64,000 nt of DNA, from NCBI RefSeq assembly GCF_036971445.1, contig NC_091477.1, forward strand, positions 120,466,001 through 120,530,000. Direction: 5' to 3'. The position numbers and the translations under genes were made by a program. The notes beneath the pieces are model-generated. The model worked only from the letters and a program-made list of their open reading frames with translations, searched no databases and was not told the DNA's origin. This document shows, one piece after another, positions 27,294 through 38,700 of this stretch (the first letter of the stretch is position 1; the number at the start of each line of letters is the position of its first letter). This DNA is from Narcine bancroftii (lineage: Eukaryota).

Positions 27294-28025
27294 AATCTAC
27301 TAATGAAAAAGGGAGATCGGCAGCACAAAAAATAATCCACACACGGGTTAGTTGGGAAGATGTTGGAGTCGATTGTCAAGGATGTGGTTGTAAAAGGCCA
27401 CTGAAATGCTAGAGGAACTCAGCCAGACTTTCACCATCAATACTAGACAAAGGTATATTGCCTACATTTTGGGCCTGAGCCCTTCTCCAAGGAATAAAGA
27501 GATTAAGTAAAAATAAAACAGGAAATTTCAGAATACGTACAATACTGGCTGGGAGACGAATCCAGTCCAACAAAAGGTGTTAATTTAATATAAGGGGAGA
27601 GGTGAGAATTTATTGAGTCAGTGGGAGTATGATGGACAACTTCAAGATGAATACAAAGATAGTTTCAGATTTGCTGTATCATGCATAAAGCTGTGAGAAA
27701 CATTAAATGAGTTTCCTTGAATTTAACGTTTCATTGCATAATGAAACTGACTTTAAAAAAATTGTTGTCGCTGATTTTCGTTTGTACTCAGAATCTCAAT
27801 CCTCTCATGCCAGTGTCCAATACTAGTCGACCAGAAAAGATGGATTCCAGTTGCCCTGACATCGCTTTTCCATGGTCGCAATGTCCTACTGAAATCATTC
27901 GCTACCGACTTCTCCAAGATCAGTAGGGAAGAAGACCAAGTGGGAATGCATAAAATGACATGTTGCACTTTATGGTTTAGTCTGCTTGAGGTAGAACTAA
28001 AATTTGACATAAAATCACAAAATAA

Positions 28026-28414
28026 TTCTTTTCTTTGGCTTGGCTTCAAGGACGAAGATTTATGGAGGAGAGTCAGCCACAAACGAGTCTGCAGCTGACG
28101 TGGACTTTTTACCCCCTCCATAAATCTTCGTCCGCGAAGCCAAGCCAAAGAAAGAATGTCCACAAGGCTCGTTGGTGACTGACAAGTCCGATGCGGGACA
28201 GGCAGACACGGTTGCAGCGGTTGCAGGAAAAAATTGGTTGGTTGGGGTTGGGTGTTGGGTTTTTCCTCCTTTGCCTTTTGTCAGTGAGGTGGGCTCTGCG
28301 GTCTTCTTCAAAGGAGGTTCCTGCCCGCCGAACTGTGAGGCGCCAAGATGCACGGTTGGAGGGGATATCAGCCCACTGGCGGTGGTCAATGTGGCAGGCA
28401 TCAAGAGATTTCTT
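28026..28414 (-). mobile_element. Older RTE copy (-) with a short RTE 3' end (+, 28072-28155) nested in its 3' UTR
   Basis: Two opposed RTE 3' termini read directly; the host sequence resumes at 'aatgtccac'. Confidence 0.85.
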
Positions 28415-28649
28415 CAAAATGATAGGCTATATCTAAAAGACTGGACATTATTAATGTGATATTCGTGGTCAGCAGCCCAGAATGGATGAAATACACACAA
28501 CAGCGTTCAGGAAGCGATATCTTCGTTTTCTTACTAATCTGCTCTGGTCCAACACGTTACTGCTGCAGCCAAGAAAGTGCACGGACATTTGTACTTCAGG
28601 AAGTCAAAGGAAATTCAGCATTTTTCTCGTGTCGCTTACCAATTTCTAC

Positions 28650-29070
28650 AGATGTCCCATAAAAAAGTATCTAGTCAAATCACACCATATGTGGTTCAAG
28701 GGTACAAGAAACTGCAATGCATCCTGCTCGGACCCCACGCATACCAACCTCCCCAATCCACCGAGTCACTCTGCACTTCCCATAACCACAGGAATGTAAA
28801 CAACATATTAAAGGACCTGCTGTTAGTCTCCCCATTCTCTTCATGACTGCCAGAAAACACGAGTTTAAGGACCTGTGTCACACGATTCAAAGCCACTTTC
28901 AGGTTGTTATCATGCTCTTGAACGGACCTGTCATTTGTCATATATGATTTCTCAAACCTTCCCTTGTCATGGTCTTTGCACTGCTGTGATTTTTTTTTCG
29001 CTAACATCCTGGACTTTTTAAGTCCCGCTTGATCAGTTGGATACCACAAATAACGAAGCTTTACATTAAA
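28650..29070 (+). mobile_element. Rex1/Babar-type LINE 3' fragment, degenerate
   Basis: Remnants like 'acatattaaaggacc..cccattctct..ctgcca..acacgattcaaagccactttc'. Confidence 0.5.
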
Positions 29071-29123
29071 AGTGGTACACGTGAGTGCAGATTCAATCGA
29101 TTTTCTATATAATTTAACCTTTT

Positions 29124-32100
29124 AGACGCGTTTTCATAGGGGGAATATTTCCGGCGCATTTACGCAGTTTTGAAGAGATCAACGTATTCACCAAACGAAT
29201 AGAGGAAACCAGATGTCCAAGGTTAATCCATGTCCGGCATGACCTCTTGCGGAACTCTGAGTATTTTCTCATGAGGAAATTTATGATAACATTTTGATGA
29301 ATAGGATTCTTCTTCTTTTGCTTTCAAAATGGCAGCGAACTTAAAATCATTTCGGGTTTCAACGCATCTAGCGGATCTGTCTACCAAGCTTTCTCAGGAA
29401 AATGCGGGTGATAAGAAACGTTTGTTCTTTATCTTAAACAAGTCAAAAAGAGACTCGGATTGGATGGTGTTTTCGTTATTGTACCAATCCTAATCTAATT
29501 ATCTTAAATTCCAATCGCACATGGAATGTATGAATTCAATAATTTAATTACAAGTAAAAAATTTGCTGTGTTTGTAACAGGGCAGTTTTAATATTTTTAG
29601 CAATTAAAAAAAACCATCCAATTCACGGATATGTTTTCAATGGTGCAAAGCTTCTTCTGCTACCTGTGAACAATAATCTGGCTGATTGCAAGTCTGCTAT
29701 CCCCCCCCCCCCCCCCCCCCCCGCTGTTCTACCACCCGTCCGAGACTCCGCGCTCGAACATCGCCCTGCGCCAGATGCAAGCGAAATGATGCCCACATGG
29801 ACCATTCTCTTCACATTTGGGTCGGAACAGAATTGGGAAGACTTTTTCCCGCTCCATCGAAAGTCGTTTTCCGTCAGTGTTAAGGGCATGCTAGAGCGTC
29901 ATCCAACTTCACAGAAGAGAAGGCGGCCCTTTGGTCCCACGCGTGCATGCTCACCGGAATGCCTTTAGAAAGTCATCCCACTTCTCTGAATTAATTGCAT
30001 GTTTCCCTGTTATTCAATTAGCCATACAGATGACTCTTAAATGTTGTTATCGTCCACGCCCCCACAACCGTCTCTGGCAACTCATTGCAGACACCAACTG
30101 TTCTTTGTGTGAAGTATCTACCGGGCACCTGCTTTTTATACCCATTTTAACTGGAATATTTAGATTCAGAATTCAATTTATTGTCATGTACGGTATTTAC
30201 ACAAAATTTCCTTTGCATGCCTTATAAAGCCAAATAAATAGTTGTCAAGCAATCTAGGACCATTATTAACATCTGACCAAGAAGGTTGACGAGGATGGAG
30301 CTGGAAACATTGTTTATATCGATTTCAGTAACGAATTCACGCTGCTCTGGAAGGTTAAGTCGTATGGCATCAAAAGCGAGAGAGCAGGATAGATAGAACG
30401 TCGGCTTGATAGTAGAAAATAGATGGTGATGGTGGAAGATTGTTTTTCGGACTGGAGGCGTGTGTCTGGTGGCATGTGTCTAGTCCTGGTGCTAGCTCCG
30501 TGTTCTGTGTGCCGCAATGATTTAGATGTAAACGTAAATGGCAGTTTGTGGATGACATTAATATTTCCGGTATTGTTGATAATGAATGATAAAGATGGCA
30601 GCAGGATTTTGATCGGTTAAGAAGGTGGGGAGAGGAATGGCTGATTAAATCAAAAACAGACACATGTGAGGTGTTGAACTGAGGCAGATGGACCGACCAC
30701 AATAACCGATAGGAATCTGGGAGTGTGGTAGAGACAAGGGATCCGGGTACACAGGTACATCGTTCACTGGCAGAGAGGGTGGTAAAATAGCTTTCGGTGC
30801 ACTGGGTTTCATCAGTTACAGCACAGAGAACAGAAGTGTGGAGGTCATGGTGCAGATGTATAAGGGGATGATGAGGCTTCTTCACACAGAGGGTGGTGCG
30901 GACATGGAATGAGTATCCAGAGGAAGATGTAGACGTTGGGACATTCAAATGCTGGAGAAATTCAGCTGATCTTTTCAACTCCTTTAGGAGACAGGAATAT
31001 ATCACAGACGTTTCGAGCCTGAACCCTTCTGCAAGGAAATATCAGAAAAGGCAGGTATATCAGAAAGTCTCAGAATTCAAACATGCCAACCAAAAAAAAA
31101 AGTGTTAATTGGATATAAGGGACTAGGTAGAATTTATCATGAACTTGTTCTATATAATTCTATTATTTTGTAATTAATTTACAATATGCTGTAATATCAA
31201 ACGTGTAAACCTTCCTGAATGTGTCTGGTTAGCTATTTTTCCACGTGCAGTTGTCTCAGCGACAAGAACGAATATCCTACATTTCACAGAACAATACCTA
31301 GCGATGACTATCAATCCAAGGCACTGGTGCAACTGGTGAAGAGGTTTGGATGGACTTGGATTGGAACCATGAACAGCAACGATGACTATGGGGACTTGGA
31401 AATGAGAGCTTTCGCAGAAGCGACTGAGAATATGGGCATCTGTATTGCTTTCTCTGAATCATTCCAGAGGACGGATCCTGCGGGAAAGATCAGTCAGATT
31501 ATTCAACGGATTAAAGCCTTTTTCTGGACCTCGAGAGATGAATATTTTGTTTGAGGAGATTTTACGCCAAAACCTCACGGGCATACAGTGGGTGGGCAGC
31601 GAAGCCTGGATTACAGCCGACATTATTGCTGTCGATAAACTCTCGGGATTCCTCACCGGAGCAATTGGAACGGCAGTGCGCACAGTAGAAGTTCCCGGAG
31701 TTCGGGACTTCCTTCTCTCAGTCCATCCTTCGGCTTATCCTGGTAATCCTTTAGTGAGAGAGTTCTGGGAAACTACTTTCAGATGTTCTCCAAGTTCTGA
31801 AATCGTTACAAACGGAATAGGTTCATTCGCTCTACTCCCGCGGTGTACCGGGAAGGAGAGTTTGTATCAAGTAAACAACCGCTATACCGACCTATCCATG
31901 GAAGGGACTTCTTACCTTGTCTATAAAGCTGTCTATACTTTTGCTCATGCACTTAACGATATGTTATCGTGTAAAAAAGGCAAAGGGCCATTCATGAACA
32001 ATACATGTGCTCAGATTCCAACCTTTCAACCGTGGCAAGTAGGGGAATGTATTTAACGTCACCCATTTGAAGATGACTCTCAGCAGCGAAACAAATCCGC

Positions 32101-32260
32101 TACTCCCTGTTTCAAAATGTTCATTAGATAATCTTTTATCGAGTGTATAAATCCATGGTAATCTGTCCGATTATTTTTAGCTACTCCATTACATGAAATC
32201 AATGTATTTGATGAAAGGGGCAATCCTACAGCAGCTTACAAATGAACACAAGTTTCAAAG
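29124..32260 (+). pseudogene. V2R/OlfC pseudogene B: exon 1 remnant ~29124-29221, exon 3 31228-32038, exon 4 remnant from 32181; exons 5-6 absent
   Basis: FIGGIFPAH..FT..C.R|GT; [59 protein letters not shown]; frameshifting deletion near 31515; exon 3 acceptor AG missing. Confidence 0.85.
30262..30950 (+). mobile_element. CR1 RT fragment in an intron of pseudogene B
   Basis: IVYIDFS..WLD.R..MVMVEDCFSDWR.V.G motifs. Confidence 0.75.
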
Positions 32261-32269
32261 TCCTCTGTT

Positions 32270-33110
32270 TTTCCACTAATATTTGCTTCCTCGTATTTCC
32301 TCCCTTTAGCTTTTATTTTAGCCGTAACCTCTCTCTTTAGTCACGTTTGTGCCATTTTTACATTCGTAATTTTATTTTGCCATGATATATATCTATTCTG
32401 CACTTTATTTCTCGTCGAAATATCATCCAATTCTGCTCTGCCATCAAGTCAACTTGTACCAGTTCCTCTCTCATACATTTGTAATTTGATTTGTTCCAAT
32501 GAAATATTGTCACACAGCTTTTCTTTTTCAAATTTAATCATATTATTATCACTTCTTACAAAGGGGCCCATTACCATTAATTCCCTAATCACCTCAGGTT
32601 CATTACACATCACCAAATCCAAAATCGTCGATTCCATGGTGGGCTTATGGATAAGTTGCCTCAAAAAGCCAGCCTGTAGGTATTTTACAAACATTCTCTT
32701 CTGAGATCTAGGACCTTCCTGCCTTTCCAAATTTTCTTTCATGTTAAAACCCCCATAATTATTTTGACATTTTGCTTCTGACCCATTCTTTCTATTTCCA
32801 ACTGTAACTCGTTGTCCACTTCCCGGCTGTTGTTTGGGGTCTGTACATAACTGCTAATAGGGTCCTTTTACCCTTGCTATTTCTTAACCCAACCTATAAG
32901 GATTCTACCACTTCTGACCTTTTCTAGTGATTTAATGTCATTGCTTATCATCAGGGCCACGCCGCCCCCTCGACCTATCTGCCTATCCTTTCTACAACTG
33001 TGAACCTTTGGTCAGTCAGCTCCAAATCAATCCATCATTAAGCCATGTGATGGCCACAATGTCATGTTTTTAATCTGTAGATGTACAACAAGGTTATCTA
33101 CCTTATTCCT
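32270..33110 (-). mobile_element. CR1 ORF2 endonuclease-region fragment truncating pseudogene B
   Basis: FLRQLIHKPT..ILDLVMCNEPE.I.EL.V.GP..SDNNMIKF. Confidence 0.75.
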
Positions 33111-34143
33111 AATTCACTTTTGCTTCCATTTCTCTCTTACTGTAAGGGGCACCGGGCAACACTAATGGCGACTCACTGCCGTATGTCAAGCGGAAGGCAA
33201 TTTCGTGTCCTATTACATGTTCTGTACTGTTACATGAAAATAAATGGATTCTTGAACGAATTAGATTTGGTCCGTATTTTCCTGACTTTACAAGAAAGAG
33301 AAGAGATCTGAAGGAAGCTTACAGAATCAGAGTTTAAACACGGTAAATGCTTCACCTAGTTGAGGAGACTAGGACCAAAGAAACACATTCAGGATTGAGA
33401 TAGCGATACATTTCATCGCATTCGGGCAGTGAATCTTCGGAATTCTCAATGAAATGCACCATGGTGGTAGATTAGATACGACGTCAATGAATGACAAAGC
33501 AGGATTTAAAGGCCACATGACCGACGTTTGGTCCCGATTGTCATGTTCTCAAAATATTCTGCGCTATTATATTTTACTAAAAATGAAGAATAAAAAATAA
33601 ATGAATTTTCACCTCTCTTCATTCTATAAAATACAAGAAAAATGGCAAATACATCGCATTTATTGGCCAACAGAGAGGAAGGAAATCAGAACCCTGGATG
33701 TCAATAAAATCAGCCCTCTGAACATTTTAGGATAATGCTGGTATTCTTTAAAAAATCAATTTCTTTCGTTGCATTTTTTCAGAAGAAGGAGATTCTGACG
33801 AACTTCCAGTGAAGTATGGAACAGTAAATCTGGCTCCACCGTTCATAACACGTGAGAGAGAGAACGGAAAACTGTTAATTCACCTGACACGAGTTGTGAT
33901 AACAGAGCACCTCAAGATAATTAGACAGAATCAATATGCATTTCTGGAAGGAAAAGGGCTTAAAATTTGTTGGGAATTTTCAGGATGTCGCCGACACAGT
34001 AGTCAAATGGGAGTCAGGCGGTGTAATATTTCAATACATTTTACATCAGGTTCAACCATAGAAGACCACCGCCCAAAAAACAGTCCCTTCTGCCCATTTA
34101 ATAGGTGCCGATCTATTACTCTGCCTCATCCCAATGACCTCCT

Positions 34144-34407
34144 CTCGGACCATCCCCTCCCATCCATCTCGGACCATCCCCTCCCATCCATCTCGGACCA
34201 TCCCCTCCCATCCATCTCGGACCATCCCCTCCCATCCATCTCGGACCATCCCCTCCCATCCATCTCGGACCATCCCCTCCCATCCATCTCGGACCATCCC
34301 CTCCCATCCATCTCGGACCATCCCCTCCCATCCATCTCGGACCATCCCCTCCCATCCATCTCGGACCATCCCCTCCCATCCATCTCGGACCATCCCCTCC
34401 CATCCAT
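34144..34407. repeat. Perfect 24-bp tandem repeat, 11 copies (ctcggaccatcccctcccatccat), inside a CR1 3' fragment (~34055-34515, -)
   Basis: Seen directly. Confidence 0.97.
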
Positions 34408-35494
34408 TTCCCTGTCCAAATGTTTCTTGAATGTCAAAATTGATGCCACATTCACTACTTCAGCTGGAGGTTCGTTCCATACTGTGACCACTCTGTGTGT
34501 GAAGAAGTTCCCCAGGTGGTTGGATAAAATCAATGTAAGAAGAGTCGAGCTTTAATACATTAGCGTAAGGGACTGGTAGGAAATAGAAAAAAATAAGGGA
34601 AGTGGTAAATGGGCCACTTCCCAGCGGGATGCTTCATAAATCAGTGATGGGGTTTATCAATCTATTCAAGGCAACGTTGATGATACCTGAGTACATTGCA
34701 AGGAAGATAAGAAGATGAGCGAGACAGTATAATGAGTGAAAATAAGGAAGATAGGAGACAAATGGAAATTGTATAAGAAGATGGAACTTCGGTGCCCAGA
34801 GAAAGTTGGTTGTGCTAAAAGAAACATAAAAATTACATACTGAAATGTAAAAAAAATTTGAAGGCAAATAAAGAGCTGGCTTTACAAAAATCCTAAGGGG
34901 TATCAAGATGATGTGGAAGCACATTTATTTACATTCAACTAAACACGGAATAGAAGACGCTGATTATCATTTGACATTTGAGGAAGACAGACATGCGTTT
35001 TGACACAACAGAGCTTTTACTCAAATTCAATCCTTTCCTACTAGTTCCCCAAAACATCATGATCAATTCATAATTTCAATCCAAGTGCGTGTCTCGCTTG
35101 AACGCATCCATTTTTTTTAAACAACGGATTAGTTGTCTTTTCAGGGAGAAAGATTAAATTAAAGAAGCCACTTTTTAACGAAGTTAACTTCACTTTCTCC
35201 ATTATGGAACTTCATTTCCTGCTTTTCAAATTTATATCAGAATTGATTTCAGATGTAGAGCGGGTGGCTATCACGAGCGTCACCGCGACTCCACACACAA
35301 TGAAACTTCTTCTTTAATTAGGAAAAAAAATACGCTCTTCTGGGACTGAAAATGTGCCCAGTTCTGTATATACGATTTTTTTTTTGTAAATTTCCCTAGC
35401 CGGTAACAAAATGTCACGCATATTGAAGACTACCTGTACGCACATTAAAACTTGTAAATCGCATTGGGAGATCCTCAGATCTCAACAGACACAA

Positions 35495-35500
35495 TATAAA
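35495..35500 (+). promoter_or_regulatory. Candidate TATA box of the intact V2R gene
   Basis: TATAAA ending 57 bp upstream of the ATG at 35557; supported by position only. Confidence 0.35.
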
Positions 35501-35556
35501 TTCATCTTGTTGCCTTTAATCTACAGCAATAGTGTAAAGTTCCCTGCAAAAGGGCA

Positions 35557-35759
35557 ATGTCTCTGTTTCTGGTACTCCTGTTGCTGTGGTCAAAGGATGA
35601 AACACACGGAATTGTTTGTAAGCGTCGAGCCAAAGGGAGTGTGTCACATTTAGCCATGGACGGAGATATAATTCTTGGTGGAATATTTACTGTACATTTG
35701 GATCCAATACACGATCTCCATTCATTTACCTTGACTCCGAAAAGCACTGAATGCAGAAG
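35557..35759 (+). CDS. V2R gene C exon 1 (signal peptide, GDIILGGIF)
   Basis: [27 protein letters not shown]; donor AG|GTGAGT. Confidence 0.88.
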
Positions 35760-38700
35760 GTGAGTCGATCTCTTTACATCAGCCCTTGTTTCCCAGCCAA
35801 TCCGGTTAAAATCGCTGACACCCAATTGAATCGATCTTTGAAATCGAGAGTTAAATATCACGTGACAACTTGGTGTATTATTATATTTATCATTTAGCAC
35901 CAGTGTGATGGAATAGTAAATTTAATATCGTCCTTCCCCGTAAAGGCTTGAATTAAAGATAGATAAATTCGTGTCTGTTATTCAGCTCCTTTAGTAACAT
36001 TCGTCGATTAAAAATATGGTGCACGACTCCTCGGTGTTTGAAGTGAATAGTATATATATATTTTCTTCGTCTGTTATACAATTGCAGCAAAGCAACCGAT
36101 TGGAGGATCGATTTAACCCTTTGGAATCCGTGTCCCTGTTTTCAAGGAGTAGGAACAAGCGTATATATATAGTGGCCCGGTTTTCTACTGTAAAGGTTTA
36201 CCCATGGACTCAGTCCGGGGTCTATATTATGAAAAGTTAAAAATGGCCGGAGTCCAAGAGCTAAACGTCCAGCGCAGATTTGAGGAATGCTCTGTATATT
36301 TCAAAGCTTACACATTAGTCACCAAGAAATAAGGGAGAAATCGCAAAGAACCGGTGAATTCTGAAAAGGCCGATGTTTCCTTGTGGGCTGGTAGCCCCTG
36401 CGAATGTTGTTACGTCTTTGTTAATTTAGTCGTTGTATTCTTTGCGGATTCATCTCTGAAAAGCGAGCAGTGATGGAATGTCTTCAAGAGCAGCCCGCTC
36501 GGTTGTTGTCGCCATGCTAGCGACAATTGTCAGACTGGAGTTCATATGGTTTAAGATCTCGACTCGACGCCAAGCCGAAGACCATTTCCTCCGCTGTAGA
36601 GCGATATTGCATAGAGTTTGTCTGAGCATTTGCTTCCCAATTTTAATCCCGTGATCTTCTGTCCCAATTAGCGAATTTCTTCTTAAGGTTGTGGACACAC
36701 GCCCAGGATCAATTTTAAGAGCTCTCTTGTAATTATAAACGGAACACTTTTTGGAAAAAAAATATATTAAGGAATGAAAGGTAGTCGGCTTCTGTTGTGA
36801 TAACAGTTATCTGCTGAGACCGAACAAGCACGGATAATCCTGAATTCACGTTATTAAATGGACTTTTTTCATGTTTTCATCATGTTAAATAGATCTCGTT
36901 AGATGGATTTAGTTGCACTGACAATAACATCATTACACGTAATAACATAAGTACCGGGCCCAAAATTTTGGGATTGAAACCAATGTGAATGTCAACAAAG
37001 ATCAAAGCTAATTCTGCCCAAAGTTCTGTGATTGAAATGCTTCAATCTTGCCTCCCTTTTCACAGATTCATGACTCTTTCTCAACAGAGTTTACATTCAT
37101 TTTCGACTTTCAAATTTCATGGCAGGTAAGTAACTTTAATTAGAAGTTATCTTTGGCTTGGCTTCGCGGACGAAGATGCCAAAATGTTTGGCCTGGAAGT
37201 CAGCCTGAAGAAAACTGAGGTCCTCCATCAGCCAGCTCCCCACCATGACTACCAGCCCCCCCACATCTCCATCGGGCACACAAAACTCAAAACGGTCAAC
37301 CAGTTTACCTATCTCGGCTGCACCATTTCATCAGATGCAAGGATCGACAATGAGATAGACAACAGACTCGCCAAGGCAAATAGCGCCTTTGGAAGACTAC
37401 ACAAAAGAGTCTGGAAAAACAACCAACTGAAAAACCTCACAAAGATAAGCGTATACAGAGCCGTTGTCATACCCACACTCCTGTTCGGCTCCGAATCATG
37501 GGTCCTCTACCGGCACCACCTACGGCTCCTAGAACGCTTCCACCAGCGTTGTCTCCGCTCCATCCTCAACATCCATTGGAGCGCTCACACCCCTAACGTC
37601 GAGGTACTCGAGATGGCAGAGGTCGACAGCATCGAGTCCACGCTGCTGAAGATCCAGCTGCGCTGGATGGGTCACGTCTCCAGAATGGAGGACCATCGCC
37701 TTCCCAAGATCGTATTATATGGCGAGCTCTCCACTGGCCACCGTGACAGAGGTGCACCAAAGAAAAGGTACAAGGACTGCCTAAAGAAATCTCTTGGTGC
37801 CTGCCACATTGACCACCGCCAGTGGGCTGATAACGCCTCAAACCGTGCATCTTGGCGCCTCACAGTTTGGCGGGCAGCAGCCTCCTTTGAAGAAGACCGC
37901 AGAGCCTACCTCACTGACAAAAGGCAAAGGAGGAAAAACCCAACACCCAACCCCAACCAACCAATTTTCCCTTGCAACCGCTGCAATCGTGTCTGCCTGT
38001 CCCGCATCGGACTGGTCAGCCACAAACGAGCCTGCAGCTGACGTGGACTTTTTACCCCCTCCATAAATCTTCGTCCGCGAAGCCAAGCCAAAGAAGATCT
38101 TTGGCTTGGCTTCGCGGACGAAGATTTATGGAGGGGCATCACACAATTATGCGCTCTTTGGCCTGTCGTGTTCATCCCGACCGAAATGCATGTCTGTTCC
38201 GAGGCAGTTGCTCTTTCCAGTCTATATCCCTCAATTTAAGCACCCATCTAATTAAAGACAGTATCACCCACAATCAACATTGAACCAGACGATCTTCACG
38301 TATCCTTGAAGTTTACAATGCATTGCTATTTAAAAATTAGATCAATTCTCCCGTGATCCTTGTTATTGCGGCTACGCGTTTTAAACGGTATCATCAGGTA
38401 TTCAATCTGTTCATCGAGAAATATTGGTGAAATTTACTGGATGATGACTAAATCTATTGTAATTTATTGGTGTAAAACGAGACGTTTTACACACCACCAA
38501 AAGTAACTGCTCACATTAACTATCCGAGACTCTCATATTGAAGAAACAATATTTATTTGTGTGTTTGTATATACTGGTCCTGCATATAATATTTGTCTGT
38601 ATGTGACTTATATCTGGTTGTGTGTCTGCGTGTTTTGCTCCGAGGAACGGAGAACGTTCTTTTTTCGAGTTATAGTTGTACAATTAGATGATATTAAACT

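Noticed and set aside
33809-34555. 248-aa ORF with SDHPLPSI repeats
   Set aside because: A 24-bp minisatellite inside CR1 debris, open in many frames
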